Under the pieces are notes generated by a model. The model made no database searches, was not told where the DNA came from, and saw only the letters and a program-made list of their open reading frames with translations. Source: Phenylobacterium deserti (GTDB taxonomy: Bacteria > Pseudomonadota > Alphaproteobacteria > Caulobacterales > Caulobacteraceae). From it: a stretch of 56,989 bases of DNA. Below, piece after piece: positions 21,847 to 30,673 of this stretch (position 1 is the stretch's first letter; every line of letters starts with the position of its first letter). The stretch covers positions 1-56,989 of the forward strand of contig CAMAOY010000001.1 of NCBI GenBank assembly GCA_945859865.1. Direction: 5' to 3'. Position numbers and translations under genes: made by a program.

Positions 21847-22500
21847 TCAGAGAATCGACTGCCCGGTTGCGGCCCAGTCGCTCAGGAACTGAGAAAGGCC
21901 CCGTTCGGTTAACGGGTGCTTGAAGAGGGCGGCGAAGACCTCCGGCGGCAATGTGGCGCAGTCCGACCCCGCCAGGGCCGCCATCGTGACATGGTCGGGG
22001 CTCCGGATCGACGCCGCCAGGATCTCGGTGTCGAAATCGTAGTTGTCGTAGATGGCGCGGATCTCGGCGATCAGCGACATGCCGTCGGCACCATGGTCGT
22101 CCAGCCTGCCGATGAAGGGCGAGATGTATGAGGCGCCCGCCTTGGCCGCCAGCAGGGCCTGGGCGGCGGAGAAGCAGAGGGTGACATTGGTGGCGATGCC
22201 CAGGACCGCGAATTCGGAGGTCGCCACCAGGCCTTCCCGGGTCAGCGGCACCTTGACCACCACGTTCGGCGCGATGGCGGCCAGCTTCGCCCCCTCTGCG
22301 AGCATGCCCGCCGTGTCGGTGGCGGCCACTTCCGCGCTGACCGGCCCCTCGACCAGGCTGCAGATCTCGGCGATCACCTCGAACATCGGTCGGCCCGACT
22401 TCGCGATCAGGGTGGGGTTGGTGGTCACCCCGTCGACGAGGCCTGTAGCGGCCAGGTCCCGGAGGATCGCCACATCCGTGGTGTCGAGGAAGAGTTGCAT
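21847..22500 (-). CDS. tal: Transaldolase (small TalC/FSA-type fold)
   Basis: DGVTTNP, VSAEV, catalytic VKVP, NVTLCFS, SPFIGR, LAASIR. Glu in SAEV and Phe in SPF favour transaldolase over fructose-6-phosphate aldolase. Confidence 0.88.
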   Translation of the reverse strand: MQLFLDTTDVAILRDLAATGLVDGVTTNPTLIAKSGRPMFEVIAEICSLVEGPVSAEVAATDTAGMLAEGAKLAAIAPNVVVKVPLTREGLVATSEFAVLGIATNVTLCFSAAQALLAAKAGASYISPFIGRLDDHGADGMSLIAEIRAIYDNYDFDTEILAASIRSPDHVTMAALAGSDCATLPPEVFAALFKHPLTERGLSQFLSDWAATGQSIL

Positions 22501-22625
22501 GTTGCTGCGTCCGCTTCTGTTGCCGGGCTCTTGTAGGGCTGATGGTCGCCGCCCGGAAGCCCCGACCTGATCCTGTCGAGGAAGCGGAGGCGGCGCAGGC
22601 GCACTCGGAGTATGAAGACGACAAG

Positions 22626-24788
22626 ATGAGCCGCATCGCCTCCGTCCTCCTGCCCCTGCCCCTCCCCGAGGCCTTCGACTACGAGGCGCCCGACGGCCTG
22701 GATCTGGCTGTTGGCGACCAGGTCGTCGCGCCCCTCGGGGGCCGGCTCGTGACCGGGGTGGTCACCGGGCTGCGCGAGGGCGCCGGCGGGAACCGGCCGC
22801 TGAAGCCCCTGGCCGGGCGAATTGATGCGCCTCCGCTGGGCCCCTCCACCCTGGAGTTCGTGCAGTGGGCCGCCCGGTATGCCGCCGACGTCGCCGGCCT
22901 GCCCCTGGCCATCGCCCTGCGCGGCGCGAGGGCCCCGCCGCCGCGTCCCGACCGGATGGCCATTGCCACTGGCCGGCTGCCCGCCCGCTCTACCCCCGCC
23001 CGCACCCGGGTCCTGGAGGCCGCGGCCGTGGGTCCCGCAATGCCCGCCGACCTCGCCCGCAGGGCCGGGGTCTCCGCCGCCGTTGTCCGGGGCCTGATCG
23101 ACGACGGAGCCCTCGAGCTTCGCTTAACGCCTGCGCCTGAGCCGTTTGGGCCGCCCGACCTGGACCTGCCCACGCCGCCCCTCAACGCCAGTCAGGCCGC
23201 CGCCGCCGCTGCCCTCAAGGCCATGATCGGCGAGGGCGGTTTCCAGGCCGCCCTCCTGGATGGCGTGACAGGATCGGGAAAGACCGAGGTCTATCTCGAG
23301 GCGGTCCGCGCCGCCCTGGCCGCGGATCCGGCGGCCCAGGTCCTGGTTCTGCTGCCGGAGATCGCCCTGACCCAGGCCCTGATCGCGAGGGTTACGGAAC
23401 GGTTCGGCGGTGCCCCGGGCGAATGGCACTCCGGTGTCGCCCCGCCCCAGAGGCGCCAGGTCTGGGACGCTGTGGCGGAAGGCCGGTGCCGGATCGTGGT
23501 GGGTGCCCGCTCGGCCCTCTTCCTGCCCTTCCGGCGACTGTCGCTGGTGGTGGTGGACGAGGAGCACGACACCTCCTTCAAGCAGGAGGAGGGCTTCATC
23601 TACCAGGCCCGGGATCTGGCTGTGGTCCGCGCCAAGATCGAGGATGCCTCGGTCATCCTGGCCTCAGCGACGCCGTCCCTGGAGTCCTTGCGCAATGCCG
23701 AGACTGGCCGCTACCGCTGGCTGAGGCTGTCCGACCGGCATGGGGAGGCCCGGCTTCCGGACATCCGCCTCGTCGACCTCCGGCAGGTGCCGCCAGAGGC
23801 TGGGCGCTGGATCTCACCCCCCCTGGCCGAGGCCATGGCCGAGACGCTCGCGGCGGATGAGCAGACCCTGCTCTTCCTAAACCGGCGCGGCTATGCCCCC
23901 CTGGTGCTCTGCAAGGCCTGCGGCCAGAAGCTGACGGCACCCGATACCGATTCCTGGCTGGTCGAGCATCGTTACACCAACCGCCTTGTCTGCCACCTGA
24001 CCGGCTTCTCCATGCCCCGCCCCACCCACTGCCCGCACTGCGGGGCGGCGGACTCCCTCGTGTCGATCGGTCCGGGGGTCGAGCGGCTCGAGGAGGAGGC
24101 CCGGCTGCTGTTTCCCGAGGCGCGGATTGCGGTCTTCTCCTCGGACACGGTGCGCAGCGCGACGGACGCCCGGGCCCTGGTCGAGACCATGGAGACCGGC
24201 GGAATTGACATCCTGGTGGCCACCCAAGCGGCCGCCAAGGGGCACAACTTTCCCAACCTGACCCTTGTGGGGGTGATCGACGCGGACCTCGGCCTGCGCG
24301 GCGGCGATCTGCGGGCGGCGGAGCGGACCTTCCAGCTGCTGGCCCAGGCGACCGGGCGGGCGGGCCGCCGGGATCGTCCAGGCCGGGCCCTTATCCAGAC
24401 CTGGACCCCGGACCATCCGGTCATGCAGGCCCTCAGGGCGCAGGATCGGGACGCCTTCGTCCGCACCGAACTGGACGAGCGCGAGATCGCCGGCCTGCCA
24501 CCCTTCGGCCGGCTCGCTGCCGTCATCGTGTCCGGACGGGATCCCGACGCCCTTGAGGCCTTCGCCAGGGAAATGGCTGCCTCTGCGCCCAATGCCGAGG
24601 GCGTCGAGGTCTATGGCCCGGCCGATGCTCCCCTCGCTCTGGTCCGTGGGCGTCGCCGGAAGCGCTTCCTGGTCCGGGCCGACCGGCAGGTGGACCTCTC
24701 GGGCTATATGGGCGCCTGGCGGTCCCGGGTGAAGCCGCGAGGCTCGATCCGGGTCACGGTCGACATCGACCCCTACAGCTTCTTCTGA
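22626..24788 (+). CDS. priA: Primosomal protein N' (replication restart helicase)
   Basis: [58 protein letters not shown]. Confidence 0.96.
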   Translation: MSRIASVLLPLPLPEAFDYEAPDGLDLAVGDQVVAPLGGRLVTGVVTGLREGAGGNRPLKPLAGRIDAPPLGPSTLEFVQWAARYAADVAGLPLAIALRGARAPPPRPDRMAIATGRLPARSTPARTRVLEAAAVGPAMPADLARRAGVSAAVVRGLIDDGALELRLTPAPEPFGPPDLDLPTPPLNASQAAAAAALKAMIGEGGFQAALLDGVTGSGKTEVYLEAVRAALAADPAAQVLVLLPEIALTQALIARVTERFGGAPGEWHSGVAPPQRRQVWDAVAEGRCRIVVGARSALFLPFRRLSLVVVDEEHDTSFKQEEGFIYQARDLAVVRAKIEDASVILASATPSLESLRNAETGRYRWLRLSDRHGEARLPDIRLVDLRQVPPEAGRWISPPLAEAMAETLAADEQTLLFLNRRGYAPLVLCKACGQKLTAPDTDSWLVEHRYTNRLVCHLTGFSMPRPTHCPHCGAADSLVSIGPGVERLEEEARLLFPEARIAVFSSDTVRSATDARALVETMETGGIDILVATQAAAKGHNFPNLTLVGVIDADLGLRGGDLRAAERTFQLLAQATGRAGRRDRPGRALIQTWTPDHPVMQALRAQDRDAFVRTELDEREIAGLPPFGRLAAVIVSGRDPDALEAFAREMAASAPNAEGVEVYGPADAPLALVRGRRRKRFLVRADRQVDLSGYMGAWRSRVKPRGSIRVTVDIDPYSFF

Positions 24789-24824
24789 TCCGCACGTTCC
24801 TCTGATCCCGCCGGCCGGGCGGCG

Positions 24825-25592
24825 TCAGTGCCCCGGGCTTTTGCCATTCCCAGCCTTGCGGGCCATCATGTTCAGGATCTCCACGCCGAACGAGAAGGCC
24901 ATGGCGGTGTAGATGTAGCCCTTGGGGATGTGCGTGCCGAAGCCGTCGGCGACCAGGACCATGCCGATCATCAGCAGGAAGCCCAGGGCCAGCATGACCA
25001 GGCTGGGATTGTTGTGGATGAAGTTGGCAAGGGGATCGGCGGCGACCAGCATGATGCCCACCGTGATTACGACGGCGGCGACCATGATGGGCAGTTGGTC
25101 GGTCATGCCGACCGCCGTCAGTATGCTGTCGACCGAGAAGACAAGGTCCAGAATGATGATCTGGACGATCGCGGCCCCGAAATTGGAGGCGACCGCGCCG
25201 CGCTTGTCCAGGACGTCATCCGAGGGCTTGGGATCCATGGTCCCATGGATTTCCTTGGTCGCCTTCCAGAGGAGGAAGAGACCCCCCGCGATCAGGATGA
25301 GGTCCCGCCAGGAAAAGTTCAGGTCCAACGCCCCGATCGTCCAGGGCAGGGCCAATACGGGCTCCGTCAGGTGAACTATCCAGGCGAGGGTCGACAGGAG
25401 GCCTAGCCGCATGATGAGGGCGAGGCTGATCCCGATCCTCCGGGCCCTCTGTCTCTGCGCCTCGGGCAGCTTGTTCGAGAGGATCGAGATGAAGATCAGG
25501 TTGTCGACGCCGAGCACCACCTCCAAAGCGATCAGGGTGAGAAGGGCCGCCCAGGCGGCGGGATCGGTGAGAAGGGGGGCGATTGAGTCCAT
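24825..25592 (-). CDS. TerC family membrane protein
   Basis: [51 protein letters not shown]. Confidence 0.92.
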   Translation of the reverse strand: MDSIAPLLTDPAAWAALLTLIALEVVLGVDNLIFISILSNKLPEAQRQRARRIGISLALIMRLGLLSTLAWIVHLTEPVLALPWTIGALDLNFSWRDLILIAGGLFLLWKATKEIHGTMDPKPSDDVLDKRGAVASNFGAAIVQIIILDLVFSVDSILTAVGMTDQLPIMVAAVVITVGIMLVAADPLANFIHNNPSLVMLALGFLLMIGMVLVADGFGTHIPKGYIYTAMAFSFGVEILNMMARKAGNGKSPGH

Positions 25593-26099
25593 GCGGACAA
25601 ACGTAAGGCAGGATTGCGTCAATTCCAGTGTGGCGAGAGCAAAATCCACGGCGAATTTTCCGTTCGGGGTAGTGGCGGTGCTCTCTTCGCAGGCGCCGGG
25701 CGCCGGAAACTCAGGCGGTGGCTCACATGCCGCGCTGCCGCCCTCCTCTCTGGCGTTAGGCCGACCGCCGCAATTTCCCGACTATTTCCTCCCGACCCCA
25801 AATCTTGATCGATGCCTCTAAAGCTTTCAGATGATCGATCTGGCACGATTACACGCGCAGTATATGTAAACCAAATGCAAAAATGGCTTAAAAGCGTGAG
25901 ACTATTTTTGATTTGCAACAGATTAATAGATAACAATATGCGAGAATATTTATGAGTATATCCTACTGATATCCATCGAGGGCATTCAATTTGACTTTCA
26001 ATTCCCTTTCGGAACTACGCGTAATGCGTCAGTCGGACTTGCGGGATTCGTCCCGAGGCGCTAAACGCAGAATCCTGAAGGTTTGAGGGTAGAGGCTTG

Positions 26100-26771
26100 A
26101 TGTTCAAGCGCGCCATGCACACCGCCGTCGGGGCGCTCGTCGCCGGGATCGTGGCCCTTGCGCCCCTGTCCAGCGCCGTGGCTGACCGTTACTGGCAGTG
26201 CGTTCCCTTCGCGCGGCTCATTTCCGGAATCCAGATCTTCGGCGACGCCCATACCTGGTGGCGCCAGGCGACGGGCCGCTATCAGACAGGCCTCACCCCT
26301 ACGTCCGGTTCTGTCCTCTGTTTCAAGCCCTCCGGCGCCATGACCCTCGGCCACGTGGCCGTCGTCAGCCAGGTCCTCACCGAACGCGTCATCCAGATTA
26401 GCCATGCCAACTGGTCCCGGATTGGCGGAACCCGCGGCCAGATCGAACGCGACGTCACGGTGATCGACGTCTCCGCGGCGGGCGACTGGTCCCGGGTGAA
26501 GGTCTGGTACGATCCGGTCCGCGATCTCGGCTCCAGCACCTATCCGACCTATGGCTTTATCTACCCGGATGCCCAGGCCGCGCACATGGCCTCCGGCCAG
26601 TTCAATGCAGCCCAGAGCGCCGCCCTGACCGTGGCCCAAAGCGCCGCCAGCCAGGTTGCCTCCACCGTCCGTCCGGGTGCCTCGCCCCTGTCCATCCTGG
26701 GACAGGCCGCCGACGCTGGCGACCGGATCGCCGCCCTTATCCAGTCGGTCACCGCGCCGCCGCCGCGCTAG
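26100..26771 (+). CDS. CHAP-domain protein (cell-wall hydrolase)
   Basis: Signal peptide, WQCVPFAR (catalytic Cys), GHVAVV (His), HANWS, GFIYP, then an Ala/Gln/Ser-rich tail. Start could be TTG 26097. Confidence 0.88.
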   Translation: MFKRAMHTAVGALVAGIVALAPLSSAVADRYWQCVPFARLISGIQIFGDAHTWWRQATGRYQTGLTPTSGSVLCFKPSGAMTLGHVAVVSQVLTERVIQISHANWSRIGGTRGQIERDVTVIDVSAAGDWSRVKVWYDPVRDLGSSTYPTYGFIYPDAQAAHMASGQFNAAQSAALTVAQSAASQVASTVRPGASPLSILGQAADAGDRIAALIQSVTAPPPR

Positions 26772-26800
26772 CGGTCCGGCGCGCCCCCGGCTGGTAGCTC

Positions 26801-27769
26801 ATGCTCAATCTCCTTCCCCGCGAGACCCGGATCTTCCGGACTGTTGACGCCCTGGACCTGCCCACCGACTGGCAGGTGCCGGAAGACGTCATCTGGATCG
26901 AACTGGTCAGCCCCGAGCGCCAGGAGGAGGCAATCCTCGAGAGCGCCCTGGGCCTCGATCTGCCCACATCCTGGGAAATGGCGCAGATCGAGCCGTCCAG
27001 CCGCCTCTACATGGAGGGCGGGGCGACCTTCATGACCGCCAGCCTGTTGAGCCGGAGCGAGGAAGAGCGCCCCATCCTGACACCGGTGACCTTCGTCCTG
27101 GCGGGTGGTCGCCTTGTCACCCTGCGCTACGAACCCCTCAGGGCCTTCTCGGCCTTCAGCCAGAGGCTCACGAGCCCCGACTATGCCGGTGCCTCTGAGG
27201 CTGACCTTTTCCTCGACCTCCTCGACGCGGTGATCGAACATCTGGCCGACGTCCTCGAACGCGGGTCCGAGCGGGTCCAGGCCGCCTCCAACGCCATCTT
27301 CGACCGTCCCCGGGGCGCCGCCTTCGAGCCCCTGCTGACGAGCCTGGCCCGGACCCAGTCCCTGGCTGCCCTGGCGCGCACCAGTCTTGCCGGCCTGGCC
27401 CGGCTGTCCAGCTTCGCCGCCCTGGCGCCCGAGATCGCGGGTGAGCCGTCCGCTCAGGCCCACCTGATCTCGGTGAAGGAGGATGTCCAGTCCCTGACCG
27501 AGCACGCCGCTGCCCAGTCGGCGCACATCGCCTTCCTGCTCGACGCCGCCCTCGGCCTGATAAATATCGAGCAGAATGTCAGTATAAAGACCTTTTCGGT
27601 CTTCACTGTGCTCTTGATGCCGCCCACCCTCATCGGGTCCATATACGGGATGAATTTCGAGGCCATGCCCGAGCTCACCTGGCCCTGGGGCTACCCCCTG
27701 GCCCTGGGCCTGATGGTGTTTAGCGGCGTCGCGCCCCTGCTCTGGTTCCGACGCAAGGGCTGGTTCTAG
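26801..27769 (+). CDS. corA: CorA family magnesium transporter
   Basis: IEPSSRLY, FLLDA.LG.INIEQN, PPTLIGSIYGMNF..MPEL.W.WGYP. Confidence 0.92.
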   Translation: MLNLLPRETRIFRTVDALDLPTDWQVPEDVIWIELVSPERQEEAILESALGLDLPTSWEMAQIEPSSRLYMEGGATFMTASLLSRSEEERPILTPVTFVLAGGRLVTLRYEPLRAFSAFSQRLTSPDYAGASEADLFLDLLDAVIEHLADVLERGSERVQAASNAIFDRPRGAAFEPLLTSLARTQSLAALARTSLAGLARLSSFAALAPEIAGEPSAQAHLISVKEDVQSLTEHAAAQSAHIAFLLDAALGLINIEQNVSIKTFSVFTVLLMPPTLIGSIYGMNFEAMPELTWPWGYPLALGLMVFSGVAPLLWFRRKGWF

Positions 27770-27778
27770 CCTCTCCGG

Positions 27779-27865
27779 GCCACCTCCCCCAAAGGGGAGG
27801 AATTAGCCGCTCCAATTGCTCCCCATCAGGGGGAGCTCCGGGCGAAGTCCGGTGAGGGGGTCAAC
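27779..27865 (+). repeat. Palindromic intergenic repeat (CIR/REPIN-like), left-truncated copy
   Basis: CACCTCCCCC-AAA-GGGGAGG-AATT...AATT-GCTCCCCATCAGGGGGAGC-TCCGGGCGAAGTCCGG-TGAGGGGGTCAAC, closely matching 44070-44156. Confidence 0.85.
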
Positions 27866-27897
27866 GGCGGCTTGGCTGCCTCCAGACCCCAAGGGGC

Positions 27898-30591
27898 CTA
27901 GGGCGTCTTGGACAGGCCCTTCAGCCGGTAGAGCGCCTCGAGCGCCTCGCGCGGGCTCATGCTGTCCGGGTCCATGTCTGCAAGGGCGCCGTCCACGGGC
28001 GAGGGGCCTACCGGTTCTGCCCGGCCCGGAGCCTGGGCGGCAAACAGGGGCAGGTCACCCAGCTGGGCCGGGGTGCCCGCCTCCCGCTCCAGGCGTTGCA
28101 GGACTTCGTGGGCCCGGGCGACAACCGCGGGCGGCACACCCGCCAGCCGTGCGACCTGGACGCCGTAGGACCTGTCGGCGGGGCCGGGCCCGGCCTCATG
28201 CAGGAAGACCAGCTCGCCGTTCCACTCCCGGGCGCGCATGGACAGGTTGGCCACGCTCGCCAACCGGCGCTCCAGCTCGGCCAGTTCGTGGTAGTGCGTT
28301 GCGAAGAGGCCCCGGCAACGATTGGTGTCGTGCAGGGCCTCGGCGCAGGCCCAGGCGATGGCCAGTCCGTCCCAGGTCGCCGTGCCCCGACCGATCTCGT
28401 CCAGGATAACCAGGGACCGGGGCGTGGCCTGGGTCAGGATAGCCGCGGTCTCGACCATCTCGGCCATGAAGGTGGACCGGCCCCGGGCCAGGTCGTCGCC
28501 CGCGCCCACCCGGCTGAACAGGCGATCGACCACGCCCAGGCGCAGCCGCCGGGCGGGAACCGGGCATCCGGCCTGGGCCAGCACGGCAAGCAGGGCGTTC
28601 TGCCGCAGGAAGGTCGACTTGCCCGCCATGTTGGGGCCGGTGACGATGGCCAGCCGGGGGGCCGTCACGCCCTGGCCGTCCAGCCGGCAGTCGTTGGGCG
28701 TAAAGGCGCCGCCCGCCCGCCGGACCGCCGCCTCCACCACGGGATGCCGCGCGCCCTCGGCGTCGAGGACTGTGCTCCGGTCGATCTCGGGTCTCACAGC
28801 GTCGGCGTCCTCGGCCCATTCCGCAAGGGCGGCGGCCACGTCGAGGATGGCGCAGGCCGCAGCCGCTTCCCTGATGGGTCCGGCCAGGGCGCAGGCCTGT
28901 TCCCGCCAGGCCTCGAAGGTGGCGGCCTCGATCGCCAGGGCCCTCTCCCCCGCCTGAGCGATCCGGGCGTCAAGCTCCGCCAGCTCCACCGTGGTGAACC
29001 GCATCTGGCTGGCCAGGGTCTGGCGGTGGATGAAGGTCGCGTTCAGCGGGGCCCGAAGCAGGGGTTCGGCGGCCTTGGCGGTGGCCTCGATGAAATAGCC
29101 CAGGACCCCGTTGTGGCGGATCTTCAGGGCCACCCCGCTCTCGGTCGCCAGGCGGGCCTCGAGGGAGAGCACCACCCGGCGGCTGTCATCCCTCAGGCGC
29201 CGGGCCTCGTCGAGTTCAGGGCGGACGCCCGGGGCAACGAACCCGCCGTCCCGGGCCTGGGGGGGCAGGTCGGGGCCGAGGCCGGCCTGCAGGCAGGCCT
29301 GCAGGGCGGCCAGGTCGTGCCTCCGGCTGAGGTCGAGAGCCTCGAGGGCCTCTGCCAGGGCAACGGGAAGGGGCGCATCGAGGGGGCTGCCATCCTGGCG
29401 AAACAGGTCGTGGAGGCCGGCGCCGCCGGTCAGGCCGTCGTGCAGGCAGCCCAGGTCCCGCGGCCCCCCTCGGCCCAGGGCCAGACGGGACAGCGCCCTC
29501 GCCATATCCCCCATGCCCTTGAGCCGTTCCCGGACCTGGCGGCGCAGGTCGCGCCGGGCCCGGAATCCGTCCACGGCGTCCAGCCGCCGGTTGATGCGGT
29601 CAGGATCCAGGAGGGGCCGGGCCAGCCGGCTCGCCAGGAGACGGGCGCCAGGTGCCGTGACTGTCCGGTCGATCGCCGCCAGCAGGGAGCCCTCGCGTCC
29701 GCCGGACAGGCTGCGCTCGATCTCCAGGCTGGCCCGGGTGGCGGGATCGATGGCCATGACGTCGGCCTCGCCGGCCCTTCGGGGTGGCCCGAGCGAGGGC
29801 ATCCTGCCGGCCTGGGTGGTCTCGAGGTGGGCTGCGATCAGGCCGAGGGCCGAGATTTCCGCTCCGGACAGGGCGCCGAAACCGTCCAGGGTCTCGACCC
29901 CATAGAGCCGCTTCAGCCGGGCCTCCGCCGCGCCGGGCTCGGCGAGGGCCGACGGCATGGGCTGGACGAGGCCCCCGGCCGCCTTCAGGGCGGCGCTGAC
30001 CGCCTCGTCGGCGAACAGCCGATCCGGCGCGAGGATCTCCGAAGGGCCTAGGGCGGCGAGGGCCGAGGCGAGGGAGGCCTTGCCAAGCGCCCAGACCTCG
30101 ACCTCACCAGTGGATAACTCGACGCTGGCGATAGCGGCGGCGCCCGCCCTCACGGCCACTGCGGCCAGCCGGTTGGAGCCCCGGGCATCCAGCAGGCTGT
30201 CCTCTGTCAGGGTTCCCGGCGTCACCACCCGGACGATGTCGCGGCGCACGATTGACTTGGATCCGCGCTTTCGCGCCTCCGCCGGGTCTTCCATCTGCTC
30301 GCAGACTGCGACCTTGAAGCCGGACCGGATCAGCTTGGAGAGATAGGCCTCCGCCGCATGCACGGGCACGCCGCACATGGGGATGGGCTCGCCGGCGTGC
30401 TGGCCCCGGGCCGTCAGGGCGATGCCAAGGGCGGCGGCAGCCTGCCGGGCGTCGTCGAAGAAAAGTTCGTAGAAATCGCCCATCCTGAAGAAGACCAGGG
30501 CGTCGGGCTGGCGCGACTTGGCTTCGAAGAACTGGGCCATCACCGGCGTGGCGCCGGACGAATCGACCTGGGGCGTGGCGGGAGCGTTCAT
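27898..30591 (-). CDS. mutS: DNA mismatch repair protein MutS
   Basis: TPVMAQF, FFRMGDFYELF, MCGVP, TPGT, TGPNMAGKSTFLRQ, STFMAEM, DEIGRGT, ATHYHEL, SYG.QVA. Alternative GTG start at 30630. Confidence 0.96.
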   Translation of the reverse strand: MNAPATPQVDSSGATPVMAQFFEAKSRQPDALVFFRMGDFYELFFDDARQAAAALGIALTARGQHAGEPIPMCGVPVHAAEAYLSKLIRSGFKVAVCEQMEDPAEARKRGSKSIVRRDIVRVVTPGTLTEDSLLDARGSNRLAAVAVRAGAAAIASVELSTGEVEVWALGKASLASALAALGPSEILAPDRLFADEAVSAALKAAGGLVQPMPSALAEPGAAEARLKRLYGVETLDGFGALSGAEISALGLIAAHLETTQAGRMPSLGPPRRAGEADVMAIDPATRASLEIERSLSGGREGSLLAAIDRTVTAPGARLLASRLARPLLDPDRINRRLDAVDGFRARRDLRRQVRERLKGMGDMARALSRLALGRGGPRDLGCLHDGLTGGAGLHDLFRQDGSPLDAPLPVALAEALEALDLSRRHDLAALQACLQAGLGPDLPPQARDGGFVAPGVRPELDEARRLRDDSRRVVLSLEARLATESGVALKIRHNGVLGYFIEATAKAAEPLLRAPLNATFIHRQTLASQMRFTTVELAELDARIAQAGERALAIEAATFEAWREQACALAGPIREAAAACAILDVAAALAEWAEDADAVRPEIDRSTVLDAEGARHPVVEAAVRRAGGAFTPNDCRLDGQGVTAPRLAIVTGPNMAGKSTFLRQNALLAVLAQAGCPVPARRLRLGVVDRLFSRVGAGDDLARGRSTFMAEMVETAAILTQATPRSLVILDEIGRGTATWDGLAIAWACAEALHDTNRCRGLFATHYHELAELERRLASVANLSMRAREWNGELVFLHEAGPGPADRSYGVQVARLAGVPPAVVARAHEVLQRLEREAGTPAQLGDLPLFAAQAPGRAEPVGPSPVDGALADMDPDSMSPREALEALYRLKGLSKTP

Positions 30592-30673
30592 CTCGGCGCG
30601 TAAACTAGCCGCCAGCCGCTGCGGCGTCACCAGCGTCCGGTAAGACTCGCTCTCCTGCAGGCCCAGGCCTCGC

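Noticed and set aside
25593-25690. yybP-ykoY riboswitch upstream of terC
   Set aside because: Fragments resembling it (CGTCAA, GGCGAGA, GGGGTAG) are on the wrong strand and in the wrong order.
25695-25722. Glycine riboswitch-like CCGGAAACTCAGGC
   Set aside because: It lacks the CTCTCAGG spacing, GGAGA and CCGAAG elements, and there is no glycine-related gene downstream.
25885-25935. CtrA sites in the AT-rich region
   Set aside because: Only isolated TTAA half-sites are present, with no TTAA-N7-TTAA spacing.
27779-27865. Palindromic repeats as a CRISPR array or tRNA
   Set aside because: The copies are dispersed, not regularly spaced, with no cas genes and no cloverleaf or T-loop consensus.
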